In this document: one piece after another, positions 1 to 10,082 of the stretch
How positions within the stretch are numbered: position 1 is the stretch's first letter
Layout: each line of letters begins with the position of its first letter
DNA from: Chiloscyllium plagiosum
Taxonomy: Eukaryota
Assembly (NCBI RefSeq): GCF_004010195.1
Contig: NC_057718.1
Location: 91,915,743 to 91,935,742, forward strand
Length of the DNA stretch: 20,000 nt
Direction of reading: 5' to 3'
Position numbers and translations under genes: made by a program
Notes under the pieces: generated by a model
Database searches by the model: none
Seen by the model: the letters and a program-made list of their open reading frames with translations, nothing else
Told to the model about the DNA's origin: nothing

Positions 1-407
1 ATTACAAATCAAAAATGATTGCAGAACACTTTTTGAACACCTGAGGACTTGCAGTATACTTAATAAAATGTGTTATATCCTCAGGATAAGAAAGCAAAAA
101 TAAAAAAAAACTGAGTTTCAGCTTATAATTGCTAATCAGTAACTTTTGCTGGAAAGTACTTGTGCATGGACATTGGATGGGCCAAGGGAAAGAGTCAAAC
201 ATTCTATTACCAGCTTTTTGCAGGAAAATTTTATTTATGACTTACTACAATGTCACTGTCTATTGAATTGTTTCCTACTAGGAACCAGCACTTTGAACAG
301 CAGAACAGAGAACAGTAACCTAATACACTTTAAAATTCTCTCAACAACACATTTCCTGAAACAGCAGATGTACAAAATAAAGGACACTTCTACCAATTTG
401 AAGAAGA

Positions 408-653
408 CATTGATTTAGTATATGTCACTGATTGGTAATCCAGGCTCATGTGACAGGAACATAGGTTCAATCTCACCATTGCAGCACATGGTATTTAACA
501 TCAAGTATTAAATCAAGAACATGAAGCTTGACTCAGTCACAGTGACCAACTGCCTTTGAAATAACCTAATTCACACAAGTTCTTTAGGGAAAGAACTGGT
601 CTCCATGTCTGGTGTATACATTACTCAAACTGTTGATTCTTAATTGGTATCTT
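408..653 (+). mobile_element. Old tRNA-headed SINE, 5' part (same family as 10083-10330 and 11115-11431); its 3' tail resumes at about 2319-2360
   Basis: B-box-like GGTTCAATCTC near 464. Blocks atgtcactg..gtaatcca, ctttagggaaagaa, tctgg..tacat.act and gttgattcttaa are collinear with the two other copies in this window. The tail TGCCAGGGACACCCGGATCTCATGAAAAAG follows the HE1 insertion. Confidence 0.6.
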
Positions 654-835
654 GGGCGGATTAGTGCCTCAGTGGTTAGCACTGCTGCCTCACCGCGCCA
701 GGGACCCGGGTTCGGTTCCAGCCTCGGGCAACTGTCCGTGTGGAGTTTGCACACCCTCCCAGTGTGTGCGGGGGTTTCCTCTGGGATCTCCGGTTTCCTC
801 CCACAGTCCAAAGATGTGCAGGTTAGGTGAATTGG
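654..835 (+). mobile_element. HE1-like V-SINE, 5' half (tRNA head + V domain), interrupted by a Rex1 LINE
   Basis: A box TGCCTCAGTGG (665-675) and B box GGTTCGGTTCC (709-719). V-domain TGTGGAGTTTGCAC...GGGTTTCCTC..G..CTCCGGTTTCCTCCCACAGTCCAAAGATGTGCAGGTTAGG. Confidence 0.9.
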
Positions 836-2169
836 ACTGAAATTATTATCACGTGTGAAAAGCTTTGCCTTATGAGCAATACAGGCAGATCACAGAGTTA
901 AATAGCATAGATAAGTAAATAATATGTAAACAGCAGTAAAAACAAAAATACAGGTACAAGCAAATGTTAAGAGTTTGAGAGTCCATTCAGTATTCTAAAA
1001 AGAGTAGGGTAGAAACTGTTATGAAACCGGCTGGTGCACGTGTTCAGGCTTCTGCACCTTCTCCCCAATGATAGAGGTTGTAGAAAAGCATTGCCAGGAT
1101 GAAAGCAAATTACTGCGGATGCTGGAATCTGAAACCAAAAGAGAAAATGCTGGAAAATCTCAGCAGGTCTGGTAGCATCTGTAAGGAGAGAAAAGAGCTG
1201 ACGTTTCGAGTCTAACTGATCCTTTGCCATTACTAGGGTGGGATTGATCTTTGTGAATGCTGGCGGCCTTTCCTTGACAGCAGGCTGGTAGATGGATTCT
1301 GTAAATGGGAGGTTGGCCTTTGTGATTGTCCGGGCCGAGTTCACCACTCTGTGTGACTGTCTCCGATCCTAAACGGTACAGTTGCCATACCAAGTAGTGA
1401 CACATCCAGACCGAATGCTCTCAATGGCACACCTATGAAAGTTGGCAAGGGTATTCACCGTCATGCCAAATTTCCTCAGCTGCCTGAGGAAGAGGAGACG
1501 TTGTTGGGCCTTTGTAACCAGTGGGTCCACATGAGGAGTTCAAGAAAGCCTGTTGTGGATGACCATTCCCAGGAGCTTGACACTCTCCACTCATTCTATC
1601 TCTGTGCTCTTAATGTATAAGGGGGCATGAGTAACATCCCACAGAAAGTCAATAATGAATTCCTTGGTTTTGCCAGCACTGAGAGCGAGATTGTTCTCAG
1701 TGCACCATTTTTCTAGGTCTTCCACCTCCTCAGGTCATCAGCGAACTTGTAAATGGCATTAGTCTATATTTGGTGACGCAGTCATGGATATACAGTGAGT
1801 ACAGTAGGAGGCTGAGTACGCGCCCCTGGGGGGCTCCAGCGTTGGGTCTTAGTGAGGATGAAATATTGTCCCCAATCTTCACTGACTGTGGCCTGTGGGT
1901 CAGGAAACAGAGGATCCAGTTGCAGAGAGTGGGGCGAAGTTTGAGATCACTAAGTTTACTAATCAGTCTCGAGGAGATGATAGTGTTGAAGGCTGAACTG
2001 TAGTCAATGAGAAGGATTCTTATGTAGCTGTTCTTGGTGTCAAGATGTTCTAGGGAGGAGTGCAGGGTAAGTGATACGGCATCTGACGTGGATCTGTTGG
2101 TCTGATAGGCAAATTGGAGTGGGTCAAGAGTAGTGGGGAGGCTGGAGTTGATTAATGCCATAACTTGCC
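836..2169 (-). mobile_element. 5'-truncated, decayed Rex1/Babar-clade LINE (reverse transcriptase + 3' UTR)
   Basis: ORF 1730..2182(-) reads LDPLQFAY..NRSTSDAV..LH..LEHLD..IDYSSAFNTI..NWILCFLTHRPQSV..GAPQG.VLS.LLYSLY. KFADD at about 1734-1748. Further on, KAQQRLLFLRQLRKFG..FHRCAIESI.SGCVTTWYGNC. Frameshifts, a stop and a deletion after FADD. Flanked by GTGAATTGG (827-835) and GTGAGTTGG (2170-2178). Confidence 0.9.
1102..1227 (-). mobile_element. Short Penelope-like terminal fragment inserted in the Rex1 LINE
   Basis: 126-bp block (GCAAATTACTGCGGATGCTGGAATCTGAAACC...CAGCAGGTCTGGTAGCATCTGT...GACGTTTCGAGTC) that interrupts the Rex1 sequence. Flanked by a decayed 13-bp repeat CATTGCCAGGATG / CATTACTAGGGTG. 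A related, more diverged copy lies at 14190-14282 in the opposite orientation. The family assignment is from memory. Confidence 0.7.
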
Positions 2170-2320
2170 GTGAGTTGGCCATGCTAAATTGTCCATAGAG
2201 ATTGGTGCATTAGTCAGAGGGAAATGGGTTTGGGTGGGTTACTCTTCAGAGGGTCGGTGTGGACTTGTTGGGCCAAAGGGCCCGTTTCCACACTGGAGGG
2301 AATCTAATCTAATCTAATCT
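2170..2320 (+). mobile_element. HE1-like V-SINE, 3' half with (AATCT)4 tail
   Basis: Resumes at TTGGCCATGCTAAATTG, where the 5' half stops. CR1/HER1-like 3' end GGACTTGTTGGGCCAAAGGGCCCGTTTCCACACTG, then (AATCT)4 at 2301-2320. Confidence 0.9.
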
Positions 2321-2364
2321 TGCCAGGGACACCCGGATCTCATGAAAAAGAACAAAAAACATCT

Positions 2365-2458
2365 TTAAAACAGAAACATTTTATATTTATGCAGCACTTC
2401 TACAATCTCAAGACGCTCAAAGCACTTCATAACCCATCCAGTACTTTTAAAATATAAG
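2365..2458 (-). mobile_element. 3' tail of a Deu-domain SINE (SacSINE1-like); the body continues at 3406-3736
   Basis: TTATATTTATGCAGCACTTCTACAATCTCAAGACGCTCAAAGCACTTCATAACC...GTACTTTTAAAAT resembles the L2-like tail of shark DeuSINEs and joins collinearly to ATAGTCACTG at 3407. Confidence 0.6.
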
Positions 2459-2736
2459 ACTGAATTTAATGGATTACTGTCATCCAATAAAGGCCTATTC
2501 GGATGCACAATGCCCATCAGGTTTAACACTACAAGCTGCCAGTGAAAGGGTGGTGTTGGAGGACGGTTTTGTGTCTCCGATGCTAATCGCAGACCCCCTG
2601 CATCAATTTTGCCTCCTGCATCAATACTTCCACCATCCCGCCCAACATGCATACACCTCCTGTCAACCCAACCCCAGTAGGATCCTGGATTTATCTCAAT
2701 TTCAGGGCAATGATAGGAGGCACAGAGGCAGATACA

Positions 2737-3190
2737 GTAAGACCAGAAGACATAAGAGCATAGGAGCCATTCAGTCCATGAATCTATTCCACCATTCAAT
2801 AAGATTATGGCTGATTTGATAATCCTCAAGTCTAATTTCCTCCCTTTTCTCCACTTCTTTGATTCCCTTACTGCTTTAAAAAAAATTGTCTACCATAGCC
2901 TTGAGTGCATTTAAGAACTCAGTCTCAACAGCCATCGGTGGTAAAGAATTCCACAGATGCACAACCATCTGAGAAAAGAAACTCATTTGTCTGGAATGCG
3001 TAATCCCTTATTCTGACATTATGCCCTCTGGTCCTAGATTCTCCCACAAAGGGAAACAACCTTCTCCCATCTGCCCGTCAAGCCCCTGAAGAATCTTTTG
3101 TGCTTCAAAAAAGTCAACCCACCTTTGTCTATACTCCAACAAGTACAGTTTCAATCTACTCAACCTCTCCTCACAACAGTCTCTCCATAT
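2737..3190 (-). mobile_element. CR1-like LINE 3' fragment
   Basis: ORF 3008..3220(-) CEERLSRLKLYLLEYRQRWVDFFEAQKILQGLD is a decayed CR1 ORF2 C-terminus. The 3' UTR/tail reads AGACCAGAAGACATAAGAGCATAGG..CCATTCAGTCCATG. Confidence 0.8.
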
Positions 3191-3405
3191 GAAGTGGCCA
3201 CCAATCCTGGTTTGATGCAAACTGCTGACCTCTGACTGACAAGCTCCTCCATGAGCTAAGATTCATCATGGAGAGCACTGGAAGACCTGTCTCACATAAA
3301 TTAAAGTGCCATAGTCTGAAAAATCAAATCCAGGCAAGTCAAGATATGCCTGTTCTCAACATCCACACAGTTGCAAAGAGCCTGTTCTCAGCTTAAAGTA
3401 TGGCC

Positions 3406-3736
3406 CATAGTCACTGCTACAAAGGTAGGAAACATGGTAGTGAATTTGCACACTGCTAGATCCCACAAAGGGCAATATAACAATGATAATATAAGCTGTT
3501 TAGTGATGCTGATTGAGACATAGCATTGAGGTCAATTCCCTTGCTCTTCTTTGAAATAGTGTCATGGCACATTCACTTGACAAAAGGAGTTCTTGGTGTA
3601 ATGTCTCATCCAAAACACAGCACCTTCAGCAGTGTACTCGAGTTTTCGCCTGGCTTTTTGTTCACCTCTCAGGGATACGAGGTCAAGCCATTACTTTTTG
3701 ACTGAAGAGAGAGTTCCATCAACTGAGTCATGGTTG
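3406..3736 (-). mobile_element. Deu-domain SINE (SacSINE1/AmnSINE1-related) body and tRNA head
   Basis: Motifs AATTTGCACACTGCTAGATCCCACAAA, TGCTCTTCTTTGAAATAGTGTCATGG, AATGTCTCATCCAAAACACAGCACCT, and an A-box-like end AACTGAGTCA. Reverse-complement similarity to the copy at 12820-13085. Confidence 0.7.
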
Positions 3737-3886
3737 CAAATCCAATAATCACAGAAACTTTATAATGAATTATAAGTTCTCCATTAGCATTCAACAACTC
3801 CTAGGTTTAAATTAATTTATATCCCATATGATAAATCATGTACTCTCAATTAGACCTTTTACACATTATGAAGGTTGTTGATTTAC

Positions 3887-4002
3887 CTGAATTACCATGT
3901 ACTTTAGAAGTATTTGAAGGAAGTACAAAGTCTGGTCATCTGATATCTTTTCTCCCAATACTGATGGCAGCAGAGGGGTAATATCTTCTGCAGCAATTTT
4001 TA
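3887..4002 (-). CDS. RALGAPA2: RalGAP alpha coding exon (probably exon 7), (V)[38 protein letters not shown]
   Basis: Acceptor ttttattcattttctgcttAG| and donor CAG|GTaaat. 116 nt = 2 nt + 38 codons; g+ta = Val joins it to the previous exon. Matches the recalled human RALGAPA2 [33 protein letters not shown]. Confidence 0.95.
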
Positions 4003-5049
4003 CTAAGCAGAAAATGAATAAAACATTAATCACACTTTGATTTTATTAATTAAATTAATAAAATTAAAACACCACAATTTAATAAATAAAACTGACTCCC
4101 ACTTTTTTCCATATTATACATGAATTAGAAACACAATGAGCAAAGTGACCCAAAGGTGTTCATCTGATCCTGATGGGCATAACCTGGCATTTCATCTATT
4201 TCAGACGCATCTACGTTCCCTTTTATAATATTTCAACTATAACTGTGCACAGTACTTTAAAAGCTTGATCTAAGCAATGCTCAATACAAACTTAGCATAA
4301 TTTCTCTGCTTTTCAATTCTAACCTCCTGGAAACAAACATGACTGCTTGGTCTGGTTTTGTGTTTAAAAGTGGTTTTATTAACCTGCATCATTACTTGTA
4401 GTATCAGATCTGTGCATTCCAAATATTGCCAAACACAAAAATATGTCATGAGCCAGTGCAGGTTGGTGTCAAAATATATTCCATGATGTACTTCAGTAAT
4501 AACTCTGTGCAATTTGACAAACACAGCTGATCAACAATTCAACAAAAAAAATATTATTTTTAAATCAATGTGAATGCCCCACCTTACGAAAAAGTGACCT
4601 TCAGAGAACAGGTAGAATGAGCTCCTCATTCCTTTAGTAAGCATAAAAGTATACTCAAAAGCTTTTAAAACATTCCTACTAGTGGGCTTGCACTTAAAAT
4701 AATCAGTTTAGTTTTCTGATTCTCCTCAAAGCTCCATAAACAAATTAAATTTAGAAATGTGGGTCAGTCAGCTTTGCTCACTTTTTTAAAAAATGAAAAC
4801 TAGCACAAAAACTCAGGCAACCTAATTTTCTTTTACACTGGTTACACTAATTTTGGGAAAAATATGCTATGAAAAAACTGGATCTTCAAGACTATCGTCT
4901 CCAAATATTTTTATTTAACATGGTCCACACTGGACAGCACAAGTTCCAAGGGGAAGATTAAACTTGGACTTACTCGTTATCTTGATATAATGATAAATGC
5001 CACTATAAATACTAATTCCATCTCATTTGTAATAGGCTTGATTACTAAC

Positions 5050-5227
5050 CATCAGACACATTATAGGAGGGATTTATGAGCGTATCTAAAGTACATGGTC
5101 CAATTTGAGATGAAACAGCTGGAAAACCAGGAACTAGACAAGCAAATAAGGTTAGTTGCTCATCAGAAGAATTCTCTTGCAGTGCTTGAAGCCAAAGTAG
5201 ATAGAGTCGAATTCCTTCACATCTTAT
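5050..5227 (-). CDS. RALGAPA2: RalGAP alpha coding exon (probably exon 6), [59 protein letters not shown](V)
   Basis: Acceptor with a poly-T tract (tttttttccttAG|) and donor |GTtagt. 178 nt = 59 codons + 1 nt, no stops. [19 protein letters not shown] and GPCTL are RALGAPA2-type; RALGAPA1 has IRREGVRL, FSCLIPGFSA and GPRTL as I recall. Confidence 0.95.
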
Positions 5228-5698
5228 CTAAGGAAAAAAATTTACACAATTTTGGTGAAATTTCATCAATGATTCTAGTGATTATAATCAAGTACAAGTT
5301 AGAGCATGATGTATACTAGTAGTTAAACAAATTTCAGCTATACCATTGGATATGCCGCCAGTTAGCATCCAATATCATTTATACAGTATGTATCTACCCA
5401 GACTAGCATTTGCATTAATGATTTAGTAGAGCAGTTAATTTTAACAAAAATGCTACTTCCTTTTCCATATTGCACTGGCTAATTGCTCTCAAGTACCAGT
5501 TACATTAATGTGTATAGTTCCTATCAGTCACACCAGCTGCTTTTTATTCCAGACAACCACCTTGAGAAAATGGCAGTAAGCATTTGCCAATACCATATGT
5601 ATAAAACACAAAACCTACATTAAGTGGGCTATTTTTTGGGACATTTTAGGAACTTTGAAACTGACAGGGCAATTCTGAAAAACATTAAACAAAAACAT

Positions 5699-5922
5699 AC
5701 CATCAAGGACAAAGCCCTCTTGAAGGGTACCCCATCCACCACAAATATATAGTGTGTACCATGTACAAATTGCACCTCAGTGACTCACCAAAGCTTTTTC
5801 CAAAGCATCTTCCAAACCATTGACGTTTATCACCTAAAAAGACCAGGGTACCTAGAATACATGGGAACATATTACCTGCAAGTCGCCTGCCGAGTCACAT
5901 ACCATACTGACTCAGAACTATT
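5699..5922 (+). mobile_element. Old LINE ORF2 C-terminal fragment (CR1/L2 supergroup), plus orientation
   Basis: Translates TIKDKALLKGTPSTTNI..VCTMYKLHLSDSPKL, followed by a ...ATGGGAACA..ACCTGCAAGTC... block. Same family as the 3' piece at about 11520-11667. Confidence 0.65.
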
Positions 5923-6360
5923 GAGTGACTCAGCTTTGAGTGATGTTGGAACCACACACATCCATGCAGGTGGGGATTACCTGTCTTTTGCCTTTCAGTT
6001 CATGGACAGGCTTTTGGGTATCAGCAGGTGCATTAGTCACCATAAAATTCCAAGCCGTAACCTGCTACTTTAACAACAGTATTTGCATACTGGTCCACAG
6101 TTCAGTTTCTAATTAGTGGTAAACACCAAGATATTTATAGCATTAATGATAAGGCCACAGTATGTTAAGGGGAGAGGGAAGGTCACTGATGGAACAGTTG
6201 AACGTGATCATGTCTAGGTCACTACCCTGAGAAACTCTTGTCATGCCCTGGAACTAAGATAAGTGAGCTCTAACAATTACAGTCATCTTCCTTTGTGCCA
6301 GGTATGACTCCAACCAATTTAGAGTTTTCCCTTGGTTCTCACTAACTCCAGCTTTGCTAC
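5923..6360 (-). mobile_element. Old LINE reverse-transcriptase fragment, same family as 5699-5922, minus orientation, with an internal deletion
   Basis: Minus-strand translation with stops and frameshifts: GVPQGS-like VSQGSDLD near 6215-6236, INILVFT..KLN, LGILW*LMHLLIPKSLS, SPPAWMCVVPTSLK. Confidence 0.65.
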
Positions 6361-7119
6361 AGAAAAATGCCTCAGATCGAACAGGATACAGCACAGAAGA
6401 TAGTCAGCCCAAACACAATTTTTGTAATGACCAAGTAGTCATTGCAGAAAACAGCTGTCAAACTCTATTGGTAGACCAATGTGAACACTTTCTTATGAAC
6501 TTTGCAAGGAGGCAAGCATTCTTCACAAACCACATTATTAGCATTGCTGAGCAATTCTCATACAATAATTGCAATTTTGCCAAAGAACTAAAGGAATCTT
6601 ATATATATAAGACCTACCTGCAGCGTGATCAAAAGGCCACAACCCTTGTGTAAGTTTAGATTCAACATAATTAAAGGTTTATCAACCAACATTCCTACTT
6701 CCGTATCAACTTGCATTAACAAATACATTTTGCACATTTCAACCAGTGTTTTTCTAACAGTTAATCCATGCCTTTATATTGTGCGATGTAGACATTAACT
6801 CGGATCCCCAAACTTCAGTTCTAACCTTTACTGTTGATTGTACATTGCCCATCTCTGCATCTAGCCCATATGTTATCACAGATTTGAAATTCACTGAAGG
6901 AATTTGGATTGAACATTTCAGCACTGGAAACAGCAATACCAAAAATCTAAATGATCACCAACAATTTGGGGAAGAAATAAATTTCACAATAGAACGAATT
7001 CAATAACAATTACATTGGTAACAAGCATATACTACTTCAATATAAGTATAGTACATACAAATACGTTGGTTTGCCCAAATGGTACTCATGCTCACATGAC
7101 CCTTTCCTCATTTTATTTA

Positions 7120-7265
7120 ATATAATTCGATAAATATATCCTTCATTCCTTTTATTCACCTACCTTAAATTCAATTACTCAATGCACTTCCGCAGTTCCT
7201 TCTAGCAGCATAATTCATAATCCAATCATGCTCTGAATGAAGTTTTTCTTGAAATTCTCCAGACT
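7120..7265 (-). mobile_element. Very decayed LINE (CR1/L2-type) 3' remnant
   Basis: CACTTCCGCAGTTCCTTCTAGCAGCATAATTCATAATCCAATCATGCTCTGAATGAAGTTTTTCTTGAAATTCTCC resembles the reverse complement of the FFTQRVVxxWNxLP-coding end seen in the better-preserved copies here. Confidence 0.35.
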
Positions 7266-8122
7266 GCTATCAGGTAAACCCATAGTCTTCTTTTTACGGA
7301 AAATGTATAATTGTTCAAGTATAATTTTGATATTCCATAAGCACACTGAATTAAGTTGTGCAGCCTACATAAAAGGTCATTCTTTATACTCTCCACCTAC
7401 GCAATGCTAATTCTAAGTTTTTGACTATTAAAATGTGACTGATTCAAAGTTATCAAAAATCAACATGTCTGCCAAATGTTCTTCTGTTTGGCTTTTGTTT
7501 TTCATAACATGTTTAGCAATTATGTAGAACCCTAACTAAAACAAAGAAAATTTATTTTCAAAAAAATGTTGAAAACTATTTCAAACCTAAATTACACATA
7601 GAATTGTGCTACTCATCTTGGTCTATCGACCAAGTCACCAAAAGATCAACACTCAAATTTGGACAACAATCTTTCACTCCAATTACATATAATGAATGGT
7701 TAATTTGAGTGCTATTTGTAAACATTTTGCAGTAATTCACAAACACCAATTGCTTAACAGGTAATCAACAATACATTAATTTATTATAAACATTTGTTTA
7801 AAACATGCCACTTAAGAGGCTTAGCATAAAATAAAACAAATTAAGCAGTCTATTGTGCACTCACTTCTAATGATGTCTCTCTTTCATAGCTGAGACAAAT
7901 ATTTCAGTTGCTACAATACCGGAACGCATCCAGCAAACATCCAGAGTATCTTCATGAAGTAGAAATATAAACTATGGTAAGCATCTTTAATAGATCACAT
8001 ACACCTCCAAGATGTTGGCTGTGAAACTGGCCAGGGAATTGGTAACCTATGTTTCCACATTCTCATTAATTATAATGAAGAAAATCACAAGCACAACAAG
8101 CAAAATATATTAAAGCTCTTAC

Positions 8123-8166
8123 CTTAACAGAGTTTCCAGTGTGCAGAAGTTTCTTCAAAATTGAGC
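8123..8166 (-). CDS. RALGAPA2: RalGAP alpha coding exon (probably exon 5), (G)SILKKLLHTGNSVK
   Basis: Acceptor ...cattaatactttAG| and donor |GTaaga. 44 nt = 2 nt + 14 codons. Visible inside ORF-track ORF 8066..8347. Matches the recalled human GSTLKKLLHTGNSIK. Confidence 0.94.
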
Positions 8167-8274
8167 CTAAAGTATTAATGTGGTTGTAAATTAAAGATTG
8201 CAGATTTAAACATATGTATATAAATAATACAAGCAGCATCAGACATAGTTCAGTGAGGCACAAAATTGACTCTA

Positions 8275-9571
8275 AAGAGTCACAGGGGCGTACGGCACAG
8301 AAATAGACCCTTTGGTCCAACCTGTCCATGCCGACCAGATACCCCAACCTAATCTAGTCCCATTTGCCAACACCTGGCCCACATTCCTCTAAACCCTTCC
8401 TATTCATATATCCATCCAGATGCCTTTTAAATGTTGTAATTGTAGTAGCCTTGATCACTTCCTCTGGCAGCTAATTGCATACATGCACCACCCTCTGCGT
8501 GAAGAAGTTACCCCCCTTAGGTCCCGTTTACATTTTTCCCCCCTCACCCTGAACTGATGCCCTCTCGTTCTAGACTCCCCCACCCCAGGGAAAAGACAAT
8601 TGTCTGTTTATTCGATCCAAACTCCTTTATAAACCCTATAAGGTCACCCCTCAGCCTTTGATGCTCCAGGGAAAACTGCCCCAGCCTGTTCAGCCTCTCC
8701 CTGTAGCTCAAATCGTCAAACATTGGCAACATCCTTGCAAATCTTTTCTGAACCCTTTCAAGTTTCACAACATCTTTCCGATAGGAGGGAGAGCAGATTT
8801 GCACATAATATTCCAAAAGTGGCTTAACCAATGTCCTGTACAGTCGCAACATGACCTCCTAACTCCTACACTCAGTGCTCTATCCAATAAAGGAAAGCAT
8901 TAGAAACACCTTCTTCACAATCCCATCTACCTGCGACTCCACTTTCAAAGACCTATGAGCCTGCACTCCATGGTGTCTTTGTTCAGCAATCCTCCCTAGG
9001 ACCTTACCATTAAATGTATAAGACGTGCTCTGATTTGCTTTTCCACAATGCAACACCTATCATTGAGATAAATTAAACTCCATCTGCCACTCCTCAGTCC
9101 ACTGGCCCATCTAACTGAGATCCCGTTGTACTCTGAGGTAACCTTCTTCACTGTCCACTGCACCTCCAATTTGTGTCATTATAAACCTACGAACTAAACT
9201 TCTTATGTTCACATCCAAAGCATTTATATAAATGACAAAAAGCAGTGGATCCAGCACAGATCCTTGTGGCACACCTCTGGTTACAGGCCTTCAGTCTAAA
9301 AAGGAACCCTCCACCACTGTTTCCTATCTTCAAGCCAGTTCTGCATCCAAATGGCTAGTTCTCTCTGTATTCTGCGAGATCTAGCCTTGCTAACCAGTCT
9401 CCTATAGGGAATGTTGTCAAACACCTGACTGAAGTCCATACAGATCATGTCCACCATTCTGCCCTCATCAATCCTCTTCATTACTTCTTCAAAAAAAACT
9501 CAGTCAAGTTCATGAGATATGATTTCCCACACATAAAGCCATATTAACTATCCCTAATCAGTTCTTGCCTT
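8275..9571 (-). mobile_element. CR1/HER1-like LINE, 5'-truncated (about 1.3 kb), decayed
   Basis: ORF pieces DMICMDFSQVFDNIPYRRLVSK..W..NWLEDRKQ and LYRTLVKPLLEYYVQICSPSYRKDVVKLERVQKRFARML..SYRERLNRLG..SLE..RLRGDLI. The 3' UTR is nearly the same as that of the 15431-17643 copy. Confidence 0.92.
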
Positions 9572-9734
9572 TAAAATGAACTGCAGAGTGTCAGCTAATT
9601 GCAATACAACTTAGTAAAGCACATGAAGATTTGTCAGAAAAGTTAATTTAACTATACCTGCACCAGTAAAGTCTGCTCAGTTAAAATGGTTAAAACAAAC
9701 TCTTTCAAACCTTCCACAGCATGATGACCAAGTT

Positions 9735-10000
9735 TATCCAGATAAGTGACCCATAAAAGATCCAACAGCATTGCAGGTTCAATCTCTGGTCTATAGCTGA
9801 ATTCGCTGACCTCAGTTCAACTTCTGTTCAATCCAGTTTTCCAAAGTATCAGTGGGTTAGGGAGTAGAAGCAATTTCAGCTTTGCTACACCAAATTGCTA
9901 TTCAGAATCTCAGCACAAGTGGTCAGGTCAAGTTCCACTGTGGTGCCACTCACAATCAGAAAGCTTGTCAAAACTCAGTCAAGGTTCACACATTGTTAAT
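9735..10000 (+). mobile_element. Old tRNA-derived SINE remnant (LF-SINE-like)
   Basis: B-box-like CAGGTTCAATCTCTGGTCTATAGCTGAATTCGCTGACCTCAG, then TGGGTTAGGGAG..ATTGCTATTCAG..GGTTCACACAT. Recognised from memory of an ancient SINE consensus; heavily diverged. Confidence 0.4.
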
Positions 10001-10082
10001 AGCAAACGTGGCAAGTTATCAGAAGCAAAATGCAACCTATGGAACAGTTCAACAGTCAGAAGTAATGACCACATGAAGTAGT

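Noticed and set aside
41..79. Possible 39-nt in-frame minus-strand cassette exon (DITHFIKYTASPQ) after a long T-rich tract
   Set aside because: The acceptor would be a rare GAG and the donor (CAG|GTGTTC) is weak. The peptide does not match the expected next RalGAP exon (AASLEWKNKEN...), which must lie left of the window.
654..725. tRNA gene (A and B boxes present; likewise at 11115 and 14448)
   Set aside because: The boxes belong to SINE heads followed by SINE bodies, with no intact cloverleaf or terminator.
584..840. Three overlapping ORFs (584..811, 612..830, 652..840)
   Set aside because: Chance reading frames through the GC-rich HE1 SINE, not genes.
967..1347. 126-aa minus-strand ORF
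   Set aside because: A chimera of the Rex1 C-terminus and the inserted Penelope-like fragment. No evidence of function.
2365..2829. 154-aa (-) and 116-aa (+) ORFs
   Set aside because: They cross SINE, unknown insert and CR1 boundaries and have no recognisable domain.
5095..5319. 74-aa plus-strand ORF ([17 protein letters not shown]...)
   Set aside because: Antisense shadow of the real 178-nt minus-strand exon.
6354..7006. ORFs of 99, 62 and 75 aa in AT-rich intron
   Set aside because: No recognisable homology or splice context, non-ATG starts, and lengths expected by chance.
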